Positions 49,756 through 61,654 of a stretch of DNA of 64,000 nt are shown piece by piece (position 1 is the stretch's first letter; each line of letters begins with the position of its first letter). The stretch lies in assembly GCA_001949185.1 (NCBI GenBank), contig BDGG01000002.1, positions 4,020,448-4,084,447 of the forward strand, in the 5' to 3' direction. The stretch is from Ramazzottius varieornatus (lineage: Eukaryota; Animalia; Tardigrada). The position numbers were made by a program, and so were the translations under genes. Under the pieces are notes generated by a model. That model worked only from the letters and a program-made list of their open reading frames with translations. It made no database searches and was not told the origin of the DNA.

Positions 49756-52700
49756 TCAAGAGACTCGAAGCAGGTTCTTGCCGTGTTTGATGCGCTGATG
49801 TTCTTCCAGCCGTTCTTGGCTGCAATACTGTCGCGTACAGATGGTGCACATCACCGCATTACCAAAAGACTTGGCCACCTTTTCCGAGCGATCTTTCATC
49901 TTGTATTGCCGGTCAGGATGGTGGAGTCTTTCCTTGTGGCCTTTGAGGTACGCTTCTCGCTTGAACTTCCTTCCGCATTCATCACAGCGAAAGGCGTACA
50001 CGTCCGAGTGGATTATCATGTGCTTCTTCAAGTTGGCTTCTTTTCTACAGACTTTCTTGCAGACTGTACAGATGTGAGTTCTCATCTTGAGATGCTGATC
50101 CTTCATGTGACGACGCATGACCAGCCAGCTATCGTAGATCTTGTCGCAGATACGACAAGGAAACTTCCCATCCACCCGATGCGTTTCACTGTGGACGTTC
50201 ATCGCTAGAGCGCCGCTAAACATCTGCAGGCACACCGGACACATGTACCCTTTCTCCATGTGCTGTAATAGAAGGAACAGAGTTGAGGCAGTAGGGAAGT
50301 CGGTAAATGATCTCACCCAGGTCGCCATCCAAAGTTGCGCATGCATTCATTGTTTCTAGCTGAGAGCGTGCGTCACTTGGTAAAGCATCTGTCTGAATGC
50401 ATTTGCTATTAAGTTTCACGCTTTTACTTACGAAGTTTTCGTGCGAACGCAGTCCGGCCAATGTGAGGAACGTCTTCGGACATTCTTTACAGGCAAATTG
50501 TTTCACCACTTCTCCGCTATGCAGCCGTTGCTTATGAATCTTCAGGTACTTCTCCGATCGAAGCTTCTTTCCACACTCATCACACGGAATGTAGTCTTCT
50601 TTGTGTCGATAGTACCGCCTTTCATGCTCGCTGATGTGTTCCACCAAGGTCGCCGTATCCGCCAACTCGATCATACAGCCTGGACAGCTCTTCGGCCCAG
50701 GTTCCTTCAGCTCTTCCGCCATCTCCGCGCCGTGCTTCGTAGCGTGGATGGCCAACAAACCAGGAAGGCGGAAGTCAGCCGGACAACCTTCTTCTTCACA
50801 TCGGAACTTGTACCTTTTCGGCAAAAACCAACCTGATTAGAGTTCAATGGCACAACTGGAACAACGGCAAACAAACCCGTCGAGATTGTTTTCCGAGGTT
50901 GCGCACGTGCTCAGCAAATAACACTAGAGAAGTGTGCCCTTTGAGAAACAATCTTGTCTAGTGTCATTGCTGAGCTCCTATGTACATGTAATATGAAAGA
51001 ACGCTCAGCACTTATCCCTTTCCTCAAATTTTCAACTAAGAGTTTCGAAGCCGACGGCAATGTGGAGTTCGCCATAAGGGTGTCAATTTCAAAAGGCATC
51101 TTCGTACGTCTGTCGATTCTCGCTCTTGGCGGTCTCGGCTTCGGTACTCTTGGAACCTTCTTCGGCTTGTCCTTTTCGCTGTCCAGTAGTAGCACTTCAC
51201 TCACTTCCTGCTCCTCGACGGCTTTTGATTTCGCTTTCACTTTCTTCTTCTTCTTCTTCCTCTTCTTGGGAGGAGGCACAGGTGTCTGCGTCAGCAGCGC
51301 GTTCCACAGTAGATCGTTCTCCACTGTACCGGAGATGATCTCGTCGGTCTTTTGGCTCTCTTCCGGTCGCAAGTCTCCCATCTCTTTCTTCGTGTTCTTG
51401 GCAGCCTTTTTCTTCCGAGACACTGGGAGGGCTGAGACCTCATCATCCGCTTCGGGCAGTGACGACTTCAGGCGGAGAAGCTTCTGTGGAATCGTCAGCG
51501 TACGTGTCAACGACTTCTTCTTTTTCTCAGGTTCTTCCACGGTGGGCAAAGACCATGTTCTATCACTATCAGCATCGCTTTCTTCTGTGTCCATGTTTTC
51601 TTCGTCGCGACCACCGAAGAAGTCTGTGGAAGCGACTGGTGATTCTGCCTTCATGTCTCTTTCGCTATCCAGCTCCGCCAAGGGCGTTGAGTGTACATGA
51701 GCGCCCGGTAGAAGAAAGGTTCCTGAGCCTACACTTACTAGTCCGCTCTGTGCCGAAACTCGCCGCGCACTTTTCTCCCGTCGATGTGGCGGAAAACCTA
51801 CGTCTCGAATCGGTAGAATGTTTGACTCGAAGTTATTGTTATCGAATCTATCGCTTCCCAAGTGCTCAATGGTGTTGATTTGGACTGAACGAATTCTGTT
51901 GACTTCGTTCAGCTGGTTTAATTGCTGCTGGGCATCTTTAACCACCTGTTGAACTGCCTCTGTGAAGGCAAGGCTCTCCGCGGGCTTTGGCAAGAGGTCC
52001 CTGAGACGATCTGCTTTCAGTTGGATAGTCGCTCTCCTTGGCGGGCTTTGATCCTCTGGACGCTTTCTTTTCTTTCCCGGTCTCTTTGCCAAAGACACAG
52101 AATTGGAGGTCGAGTCTGATGCGAGTGCAAACCAGAACGTCTTTTGGGGTGTCGGAGCGGCATTAAGCACAGACACGTTTGGACCCTCTGCGCCAACTCT
52201 CCCGATGGATTCCGCGTACTAGCGAAAAGTTACGTGAGGAACTTCAAGAGGACAGTTTAGTTTAGAAGATAAGGCAGACTTACGGCTGGAGAATATCCGA
52301 CGCACAGTTCATCTCCAGCGGCGAGGCTTTTCACCACGGTGAAGTAGACGGATTCACCGTGCTGGTAGGCCATCAAGTTGACTTTGGTCGGAATGTGAGA
52401 TAATCGAACGTACTTCATCCAGTTGCAAGTCAGGTCAGAGTCAAGGCTGTATTCTCTTATGACACTGCCACCCAGGTTCACTCCGAACCGAGAAGGACCT
52501 CGCGTTTTCTTCGTCGAAATCACCACATCAGCAACCAAGGGCCCGTAAACTGTGCCGGGAGGAATGGATTGACTCGCCACGACTGTCCTTGATTCTTTTA
52601 GAATTATACCTAAAGGAATAAATCGCTAATAAAATTCAGATGGGAGCTCGGAAAATAAACTCATCCAGCTCGTTTTCCCAAGTGACGCACATATTCAGTG

Positions 52701-53154
52701 TTATTGGCTCAGCGTATGCGCCACTTGTGGAAACGGTTTTGTCGATTTTCTGTGCCAGATCCAAAATGGTGTCCAACCTTGTGGTTGACCTGTTAGTTTA
52801 AAGCAATGCGCTGAACACATATACGTCCAGGATCGTGCGATCTCACCCACCTTTGGAGTTAGACAATTCAGTCATGGCAGGCTGCTGGATGACATGGAAC
52901 GCCAGCTGTGATGGCAGAGTGCATATTGCTCGTGAGAATTCTGTATCCGGCACCAAATCTCGACAGTGCAGTATGCACGGCCCGTTCTCATGCTCTCGAC
53001 AAGAACCACAACCTAAAACGAAATAGTGCGAAACGAGAAACCCAGATCAATCGTAGGTCATTTCCTAGTCGATCGTAGCAGAGTAGCAAGCTTTGCACTT
53101 ACGGGTTGAAAGTTCCGATTCCTTGTCAGCTACAGCATTCATATGATGCTCCAT
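49756..53154 (-). CDS. PR/SET-domain C2H2 zinc-finger protein (PRDM10/15-like), copy 3
   Basis: Start MEHHMNAV; CGSCREHENGPCILHC; PR domain CNWMKYVR/AYQHGESVYF/ELCVGYS; a long linker exon; about nine fingers. One splice donor near 51022 is uncertain. Confidence 0.8.
50315..50392. mobile_element. Family A element in PRDM copy 3 intron 50263-50431
   Basis: CCAAAGTTGCGCATGCATTCATTGTTTCTAGCTGAGAGCGTGCGTCACTTGG matches the reverse complement of the 34177 copy. Confidence 0.65.
50880..50958. mobile_element. Family A element in PRDM copy 3 intron (about 50814-51020)
   Basis: GAGATTGTTTTCCGAGGTTGCGCACGTG...AAGTGTGCCCTTTGAGAAACAATCT. Confidence 0.6.
52640..52765. mobile_element. Family A element in PRDM copy 3 intron 52610-52850
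   Basis: ATGGGAGCTCGGAAAATAAACTCATCCAGCTCGTTTTCCCAAGTGACGCAC...ATGCGCCACTTGTGGAAACG. Confidence 0.75.
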
Positions 53155-53327
53155 CGGATGGCCGTTAGTATCCTTAGAGTTCCCGAACTGTTCGTCAGTC
53201 ACACCTGTGAGATCCTAGTGAGCCGAACCAACGCGGTTGCATGCTAGACGTCGAAAATTCCTAGGAGTCTGGAAGATCCTTCAGTTCTTGTCACTCCTTG
53301 AAGAATATCAACGTAGTTAATCAGATA

Positions 53328-53471
53328 CGCACTTGCACAATTCGGTAAGCACAAACATCGTGACGTTATCTCTAATCATTGTGCGACTCTTTTAACACAG
53401 CGCCTACGAGATGAACTTGTTCCTATAATATTCTCACGATGTTCATGTGCGTATCGAATTGTGCTAGTGCG
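53328..53471. mobile_element. About 145-bp inverted-repeat element
   Basis: CGCACTTGCACAATTCGGTAAGCACAAACATCGTGA pairs imperfectly with TCACGATGTTCATGTGCGTATCGAATTGTGCTAGTGCG. Confidence 0.6.
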
Positions 53472-53535
53472 CTGTCGCTCGCAATCTCTATATTGATATT
53501 GTTATGTCAGATGATATACGGTAGACATGCAGATC

Positions 53536-53911
53536 TATGGTGAGCCGCGCGACTCAAAAGTCCACAGTACTTTCACCGCGGGTGCATGCGCGGAGAAACT
53601 CGACGTTGTCCGCGGGTGGATGCGCGAAGAAATACTTTATCCGCGCATCCACCCGCGGATGAAGTCGAGTTTTTCCGCGCATACACCTGCGGATAGCGTC
53701 AGTTTCACCGGGCATGTGCCCGCGGATAAAGACATTTCACCGCGCACAGTTAAACCGTGCATGGATGCGCGGAAAAACTAGTCTCTCCGCGCGTCCACCC
53801 GCGGTGAAACTCTCGCCATAGTCCGCGGGTGGATTCGCGGAAAAAGTATTTCACCGCGCATCCACCCGCGATGGAAGTACTGTGGACTTTTGAATCGCCC
53901 GGCTCACCATA
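53536..53911. mobile_element. About 375-bp TA-flanked TIR element filled with alternating GC-rich subrepeats
   Basis: TIR TGGTGAGCCGCGCGACTCAAAAGTCCACAGTACTT and AAGTACTGTGGACTTTTGAATCGCCCGGCTCACCA; interior CCGCGGGTGGATGCGCGG-like units in both orientations. Confidence 0.8.
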
Positions 53912-54206
53912 CAGATCCATCATTCAGTCACATGCCATGACATCACCAGCCGACGCTTACCTTACCGCCGAAACTGAAATTCCACCAGAGGCAACTGCAG
54001 CTTTAGTACTGTTTTCCACTTCCTCCTAATTATCAATTCTTTACGCATAATGCATTCACTTTTGCTTGTCTTAATTAACTCAATGTTCGGGACAGCTCAG
54101 TGCGCAGAATGGGGTACTTTTTACTGATTTCCGAAAGAAAAATAGGACTCCCGTACACGAAGAATGCAGAAGAACAAGGAGCTTTAGGTGGACAAATTCA
54201 AGGGAC

Positions 54207-55567
54207 CTGAAGCAGGTTCTTGCCAAACTTTATGCGCATATGTTCCAGCAAGCGCTCTCGACTATTATACTGACGTTGCAATAGCTACAGATAGCAGCAT
54301 TTGCAAAAGACATCGCGACTTTCTCCGAGCGATCCTTCATCTGATGCTGTCGATCCGGATGGTGCAGTCTGTTTTTGTGCTCCGGAAGGTTACACCTCTC
54401 GCTTGAACTTGCCCCCACGCTGGTCACAGCTGAAGGCAGTAAATACGACAGGGAACACTTTCCATCAATGCGATGGACCTCACTGTGGACGTTTAGTGCC
54501 AAAGCACCACCGAAACTCTCCATACAACGGGATCCACACGAGAAGCCCGTTCCCTTATGTTGTGAAAGAAAACTGAAAAATACAGCTGGGTACTGGGCAG
54601 AGTTCCTCAACCTACTGAGGCTGCAGCGTAGAAGCCTGGGTTCATCGTGGTAACCCAAACACCCCGTACTGCATATCCTCCTTGCCCCTTTCAAATTTGA
54701 TCAGCTGTGCCTCTATGCCATGACCCCAGAGGGCTGAGGAACTCTGCACAGTACCCAGCTATCTTACGTACCAGAAAAATTGTGGGATAGGTTTAGAGGT
54801 TGATCGAAAATCGGTTACTTACGAAGTTCTCGTGGGATCGCAGTCCTACCAATGTGAAGAACTTCTTAGGGCACTCCTTACATGCAAAGTCCTTCACGAC
54901 ATCCCCACTGTGTAAACGCCTTGTGTGGATCTTCGGGTACTTGTCCGATCGAAGCTTCTTGCCGCACTCATCACACGAAATGTAGGTATAACGGTTGCAC
55001 TGTCTTTCGTGTTCGGCAGCATGCGTCACCAAGGTTGCTGTATCGGCGAACTTTGTCTCACGGCCTGGACAGCTCTTCGGCCCAGGTTCCTTCAGCTCTT
55101 CCGCCATCTCAGCGCCGTGCTTCGTAGCGTGAATGGCCATCAAACCAGGAAGGCGGAAGTCAGCCGGACAACCTTTTTCTTTGCACCGGAACTTGTACCG
55201 TCGAAGTTACCTCTGACACATCCATCCAAGACGACAGCAAAGTGGCCAGGCTGGCATCCTGGTGCTAACAAACCAGCAACTAGTGGTCCGAAAACTGTTC
55301 CAACTGCCAACGGGGATCTTTCTTCTTGCAAAAAGGCGTGTGAATTCCCTCTTTTCTGCGAATGAATTCTTCGACCAACATGTGGTAAAGCAATCTTTCC
55401 AGAGCTTAATCGTACATACTTTTCGTCTTGGCTTGTGGTGCGTATGCGAAATTTTAGCTGCGATGGCAAACTGCCTGTTGCTAGTGGAGGTATTTCGTCC
55501 GAAACTAAGTTCTGACATTAGGCGATGTATGGGGCGTTTTCTGACTTCAGGCAAGAATCACAGCCTG
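54207..55567 (-). pseudogene. PRDM-like copy 4, pseudogene
   Basis: Stop in the knuckle exon (GCDSCLKSENAPYIA*CQNL); the PR domain is truncated and joined directly to the YKFRC exon; lost Cys ligands and frameshifts in the 3' fingers. Confidence 0.8.
54583..54761. mobile_element. About 180-bp MITE (not family A) in a PRDM copy 4 intron
   Basis: TIR AGCTGGGTACTGGGCAGAGTTCCTCA and TGAGGAACTCTGCACAGTACCCAGCT. Confidence 0.75.
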
Positions 55568-57456
55568 TTTAGGGGCACAAAGAATGATAAATAGCTCTAC
55601 GAGTAATCAGGAAGAAGTAGCTATCAATAGCTTAGATGTCGAAGCACTCAGCTCAGAAGTCAGAAGTGGAAGATCAGCTTGCGATATTCAAACTGCAACT
55701 TACGTGCCTCCTCCGTGTGCTGGTGTTCGTTGTCCAGTACTCCCGCCGGATCCATCTAGCAGATGTTGGGTGCTGACAGAAGAAAACATATGGCTGAAAC
55801 TGAAAGCTTCTGCATCTGGGCTGCTGGCCCCGGTGCAAACGAAATATGAGAAATGCAAGAGACCTCAAGGCCGCAAGGGATCAGAACCAACAACACTATA
55901 TCGTGTCAGGTCATGTCATGTCATATCATATCACATCATACACTGTGACGGTTGTACCACACCGACTCCACCGAGTCTTTGTTTTGGTTTTTCTTCCAGC
56001 TTAAAATTTTCTAAAGTCTCCAGTATCTCCGCAGACTGCGGCTATGTACGAAAGTTTGTGTTTGACAGGAATTGATCCCCGGAGGAGAAGTACACATGTT
56101 AGGGCAGTCGAAGTAGCAAGAGGAGTGCCTCGATCGACATCTAGAAGGACACGCGGGAGCTCGACGAGCCTGCGTCAGAGTTCTCGACGGTGCGTCCATC
56201 ATCGGTTCGCAACCACCGATCCGAAACCTAGCGTGAGAGTATCCATGTAATTTAATCGATGTCGTGCACCGGTGTCAAACTAAGCAAACTCGTAAAGACG
56301 ATTTCCGATGAATATTAATTTTTATAAGACTCAAGATGTCACGCCGTGCAAGTTGATCACACAGGTAAGACGGGTTGTCAAACAGAAAAGCGAGACCGTA
56401 GGGAGCTGCCAAGGCGTTCCTCTCCTGCTACAATCACCCTCTCGAGCACATGCATCCTCGTTTAACTATGCTTGTCGGAAACAGTGATACAAGTACACGT
56501 GTACCGTAATTGATTGTTGAAAGACCCGTCTGGAATCGCAAGAGCTAGGATCTTTTCAACAGTGCGCCTGACGGAGCATGATGTGTCGGTATCTGTCGAG
56601 TTTTACGGTGCAACCATTTTTCGATAGATGTCAGTGTTGAATTTTTCAGTAAAGAAGACCGGAAAGGAGCCCTGTAAAAGGTACTGAAGTGCCAGCTCGT
56701 GCTGTTCCGGAATGCAATGGACTGTGATGGTCGCGCTACTTTAACTTCCGAGAAGGGTTTTCCGGGCCGTTAGGCGTACCGCAAGTCATTAATCCTTGGG
56801 AAGAAAGCTGTTTAGTACATACCGCATGAAGGAGCCCTCTTATTCTGGGAGCCAAGCCTATCAATAATGGTCGTTGCGTGTTTGGAAATCCTGGCTATGG
56901 AGTAATGAGGAGGACGACCTGTGTACAAATCGATCTCGCGCTCACAAATCGTATGTTACCGCAAACGGGCGGAAGGCTAATCGAGCTTGCGTAAATCCCA
57001 GTACGCCGGCAGCGACGATGTTTCTCTGTCGTGCGCAGAGCATGCCAACGCAGAAACCTGAATCTGACTGCACTCGCCACTCGGTGACAAATTAGCAAAG
57101 ATTAACTACCGCGGTTTCCTCAATTTATTTTGCATTCCAAAAACAAACGACAAGTCTTGTAGAGCATGGTTAACTAGAGGATCCAGTCTGTCAACCTGAA
57201 CACGGACAAAAGTATTTCCAGATAAAGTATCGAAACGCGGAATTTCGCGAAAAACAAAATCAAAAGAAGGAATTTCTGAGGCAGTAAAATCCAGCCAAAT
57301 AAATAAGGAGAAGAAAAGCAGCCACACCAAGGAGTAAAGTGCACTGATTCAAGTGTAACGTACGAGTACGAATAGGTTGAAGGTCTCTTTTGTCTCAATA
57401 TGGGACGAGATTCTTTTATCGGCGTTATTGGGGAAAGGTCAGTGAAGGTGGGAGCT

Positions 57457-58537
57457 TCAGTTGTCTGCGCTACAGACCTTGCAGTTGCGGTAGCAGTGAC
57501 GAGGAGCCGTGCAGATGGCTATCACGACGAAAAGGTTAGTCAAAGCTCCCAGAGAGAGAATAGCGACAAGTGCCAGGAGGATTCTAAAAGTGAAGACAAT
57601 GTTGCGCTGGAACACATCCTTATCGATCGCTGTCAGATATTCGGGCGTGTGTCCTAGCTTTCCACTCAGGTTCTGCGAGATGTTGGACAAGATGATACTG
57701 TAGGAGACAGCGGCAATAACCATGATGAGCAGTCCCAAGACGGACCAAAGAAAGTGGCCAGTTCGATACCTGCGGAGATAGTCAAGACATGCAGAGATAT
57801 TGGATAGTTCGATACCTGCAGATATATTCTAGTCTAGTCTCTCTGGTACCTGGCGGTCGGGTATACGCGGAATGGAATCCCTAGTGGAAGCAGTCCGACG
57901 AAGGCGGCGATCAGCTGCACAGCTCCTGCCACTATCCCCAAGTACAGATCCATCCGGAAGGGAATTAAGTCCGTGTTTTCCGACTTCAGCAAAGGATTGT
58001 CGTGCTTGATTGGCTTATGCGCTGCAAAGAGAAAAGCGCAATCACGGTAATGTAGTCAAAAGCAAACCAATAATCAATTCGTCACCGAAGCCACTGCGGT
58101 CAAAATCAACATGCTATTTCGACCAAAATCCGTTAACTACCACAAAACTGCAGCAACTCTTTACTGATGGACAGCCAGTCATCAATCAAGCGAAATAGGA
58201 ATGAAGTTTAACCTCACGTTGCCTGTCAAACTACTTTAATGGTTGTTTTACTTGTTTAAGTGGACTTCTTGACCGCTGTGATCTTCAGGTTCCTGTTTAT
58301 CGCCTTTCCAAGTGACTTAGACTTACCATAAATGTCGGTGATGAGAAGGGCAGCTGCTGTAAGGAACTGGAAGAGGGCCAGCGTTCCCCAGACTTTGCGG
58401 AGGCGACATGGCAAGGATCGGTCGCGGAGTAATCGGCCATGCTCATCCAGCTCCGAGCCTACATAGCTAACCTTGCGCCCATCTTTGATGTGGTGATTTG
58501 TTACCATCATTGACGATGCTCCTGCTTGATGGGCCAT
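57457..58537 (-). CDS. Uncharacterised four-transmembrane protein
   Basis: Three exons (about 58537-58327, 58022-57849, 57769-57457) giving four hydrophobic segments and a Cys-rich tail (CTAPRHCYRNCKVC). Confidence 0.65.
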
Positions 58538-60676
58538 TCCTTTGCGATGGGGATTCCGGTAAGTGGATTAAAGAGGCAGTAACGATAATTTCTGTAAGAC
58601 TGGCAGATCTTCTTCACCAAGTAAGTCGCCGCTTAAACGCAGAACGAGCTGAATGGGTTTAATTACGTCACAGCGGTACGGCGACTGGACGGGAATGGAT
58701 GACGTCAGGCGGATGACATCAGAAAATTCAAACAATTTAACCGCAAACAGATCAAACGATTGCTCACTTTTCTTCTTTCTTGTAGGCTCATTCAACCAGC
58801 AGCGAAGCTTCCTTCCACCAACAATGCGGCACTCTTCGGGGGAGAAACGGTGAGCCTGAAGAAAAGCACCATTGGACTGAGCGGAGAAAATTACAGGATG
58901 GAGTGTCAAAAACAGCTAGAGAGGTACGAGTGGAAGAGTTACTACGAGATTGACGCCCGTCGTTCAGCAGATTCGGCTGAAACGAATGGTGTAGGAGTGC
59001 AGCTAGCGCGAGGGTTCCTCTTGTGCTACGCAGTACACAAGGCGGACTTTACCCCAGTGTTCGGGCTGATAAAGAGCTGAAAGATGGATCGATGAATTTT
59101 ATTGATTTTTCCTCTTAGGCACAAGACTAGTCACGTCCGCAGCGTCGAGAATCCTTCCTCGGCCTACCCCGTGCGGATAGTACTAGAATGAGGTTATTTT
59201 AGACTAAGAGAAAAAATAGTAGACGTACTTGTATGATTTCACAAGCGTCGAGCGTCTCGGCGGCAGCTTCCTTTCCAACGCCAATGGGTAATCCGATGCT
59301 GCGAGTGTTCAGCCAAATTTGACACGGTCGCTTCTGAAAGTCGCTCCCACCAAAGTCACAAAATCGATGAGATCAGTCTTAATCAACAGCACACGAACCT
59401 TTCCATGCTCGGCGCACAGACCCTGCGGAAAAAAGTCCACTTGATGTCAATGCCGGGTTTTATAGACCGGCTTCGGATGAATTATGCCGGATATAAAGAA
59501 GGCTCTTGCTGCGCTTCGTTGTATTTGACTGTGGAGATTTTGTTACACTTAATTTGCGCTCGGCTGGAGTTGTTTGGCGGGATGGCGATCAACGTCAGCC
59601 TTTCCTCTCTCGGTGGCCGAACATTTGTCACTGCTTGACCGGTTTTGAAAGCTACAGTGTCGCCATGATGATCCCTTGAATAAACAAAACGGCAGTTAGA
59701 TGAGGAAGTAATGTGTCTGCTGAGTTCTTTACGTTTTCCGATCGACCCCTATAATCTTGTAGGTCTTACTGGAGGAAAGCAAACGGTACGCGCCAGCTTC
59801 CAGCTGAGACTTCAGAGTTTTTTCTGATGGTTTCTCCCCCTTGGGAGACCAACCATTCCGTAATGGCGGTTTTATGGTTCTTGAACGTGCGATGTGTTCT
59901 TCCAAGGAGGAACGTATAATGGTCGCGCAGTGTCGACCTTTCCAACGTTCTGTGTTTTAGTGCGTACCGGAAATTTCTTGTGAGTTAATCAAGAAAGATT
60001 TTTTCAAGTCCGAGGCTTGTTTTCGGGAGCGCCACTCTCCCAGAACAGGGAGGAAAGCCCTGAAAGGGGCTGAATAGTATGAGACTCTGTACATGCGGAA
60101 GTACAGCGCCACCTGTAGCACCGAAGGACTTATCAGACACCAAGTACCACTCGCTCGCGGTTTCCGACTGCGGTAATTGAAGTTCTACCAGGCAGCTCTT
60201 GGATGCAATCCCGTGCGGAGCCGAGATGACTGATAGGTACAGGGCTAAAGGGAAGCAGACTCCTTGGGAAATTGACCGGGTTATACTTTTATGCTCTCAA
60301 GTTTTACGAGTAATGCTTCCGTATTACTGGCATTCGATTTGCTGGCGGAGAGAACACTTTAGAATAGTACGCACCTTGCAACCAATCTGTTGCCTGAAGG
60401 CCGACAGTTCGCGTGTTTTTTCCACTACAAAGGGGCAAGGAGTGCCGAGCAAGCAGAAGCTGAAGTGGAAGGACACATCCATTTTCAAGTTCGAACGTGA
60501 TTGGCGAGAACAAAAACTTAAGAGGCACAGGATGCTTCCTCAACTAGCATATGAAAATTTAAATTACTGGAGGCGAAGGTCAAGGAAGTAACCGTTGCGG
60601 CACTCTATCCGTTGAGGAATCCGTGGACGCAAGGCTAATCGCAGGATCTTTCCTTTTACACGCAAGGACTTTTGTC

Positions 60677-61025
60677 ATGGACTATTCACGCCTACTCATC
60701 GTGACTGTGGTCCTCGGGTCCTTTGCGAGCTGCCTGTGCCGGACTATGGAGCGGAAGTCATCCTTCAATCAACTAGAAAGCATCGCCCCAGCCGCCCATC
60801 CGGACGGTAGGTCGATCGTTCGTCCAGTGAGAAACCGATGATGTCGATCTAGAAGATAGCACTACTTTTTTGTGCATGATCCTTTCAGATTTGGTTGTTC
60901 ATCGAGCAAAGCGTCAGATGTGGGGAAGCTATGGAATCGGCGGAGGGATGCGCGGCCTTCTTTGGGGACTTGTTCTCGGTAACCTTCTCACTCCGCCGCC
61001 ACCAGCTGCGCCACCGCCAAAATAA
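60677..61025 (+). CDS. Secreted prepropeptide 1 (signal peptide, RAKR site, Gly-rich mature peptide)
   Basis: Exons 60677-60806 and 60889-61025: MDYSRLLIVTVVLGSFASCLC...DLVVHRAKR|QMWGSYGIGGGMRGLLWGLVLGNLLTPPPPAAPPPK*. Confidence 0.85.
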
Positions 61026-61559
61026 TTAATGAGCCGCCGGTCCTTCGGTTAAAACCATTACTCTTCCGTCGAAATGTTCTTCCATATGACGTATTGATAA
61101 TGCTTCATGAACGTGCCCCATCTACATATATACGTCATCTCGAGTACTGTGTGCTCCTTAAAAAATAAAGTCGTCTTCTTAGCCTAGTACGCCGCTGACT
61201 GTGGACCCTTTTGTGAAACGGCCCATAACTGTAGTAACTGTTGGAAACAGCAAGAAAACTTTCGGCACGAGTGGGACGACTTGGACGTCGTCCATGCATT
61301 AACAACTGTCCAGTGGTCACCGCGCGCGCGCGCGATCTGTATCGAATGAAACTCGAGACTCGAGAGCTACCAAATTTCATAATTCGCTCGAAAGCTAGAC
61401 AATCATCACGAGGGAACAGTGTTAGTGTGTGAATAGGTTTTGAGTTACGGTACGAGCAAGAACCGATTTCGATGATGGGATATTACCGTGATTCAAATGG
61501 CGTTATTACGATGTATTTCCCCTCGACGATCGAATCTGAATTACTTGCTTCCTGTCCAG

Positions 61560-61570
61560 GTATATAATAA
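61560..61570 (+). promoter_or_regulatory. Putative TATA box of prepropeptide 2
   Basis: GTATATAATAA about 90 bp upstream of the ATG. Confidence 0.4.
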
Positions 61571-61654
61571 TGGGCTTCCGACGACAGAGATCCGGACAGT
61601 TGAAGAGTTAGGCTTGTGATCGTTGCTGTCGTATGCTCTGCTGAGAACTTTGTG

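Noticed and set aside
39962-51700. Long plus-strand ORFs at 39962-40468 and 50954-51700
   Set aside because: Antisense shadows of the Lys/Glu-rich PRDM linker exons.
1771-52765. Family A as intronic snoRNAs/miRNAs, or as Introner elements that create introns
   Set aside because: Copies occur in both orientations relative to transcription, and they lie inside introns whose splice sites are outside the element and also exist in element-free paralogs.
38871-53154. PRDM9-like recombination hotspot specifier
   Set aside because: No KRAB/SSXRD region, the fingers are not a homogeneous minisatellite array, and two of three catalytic tyrosines are absent.
55584-57100. ORF 55584-56075 and neighbouring short ORFs
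   Set aside because: The ORF runs through a TCATG/TCATA microsatellite and shows no homology to the BTB partner or any family I recognise.
58568-60600. Short ORFs between the tetraspan gene and the peptide genes
   Set aside because: No domains or coherent splice structure; treated as intergenic.
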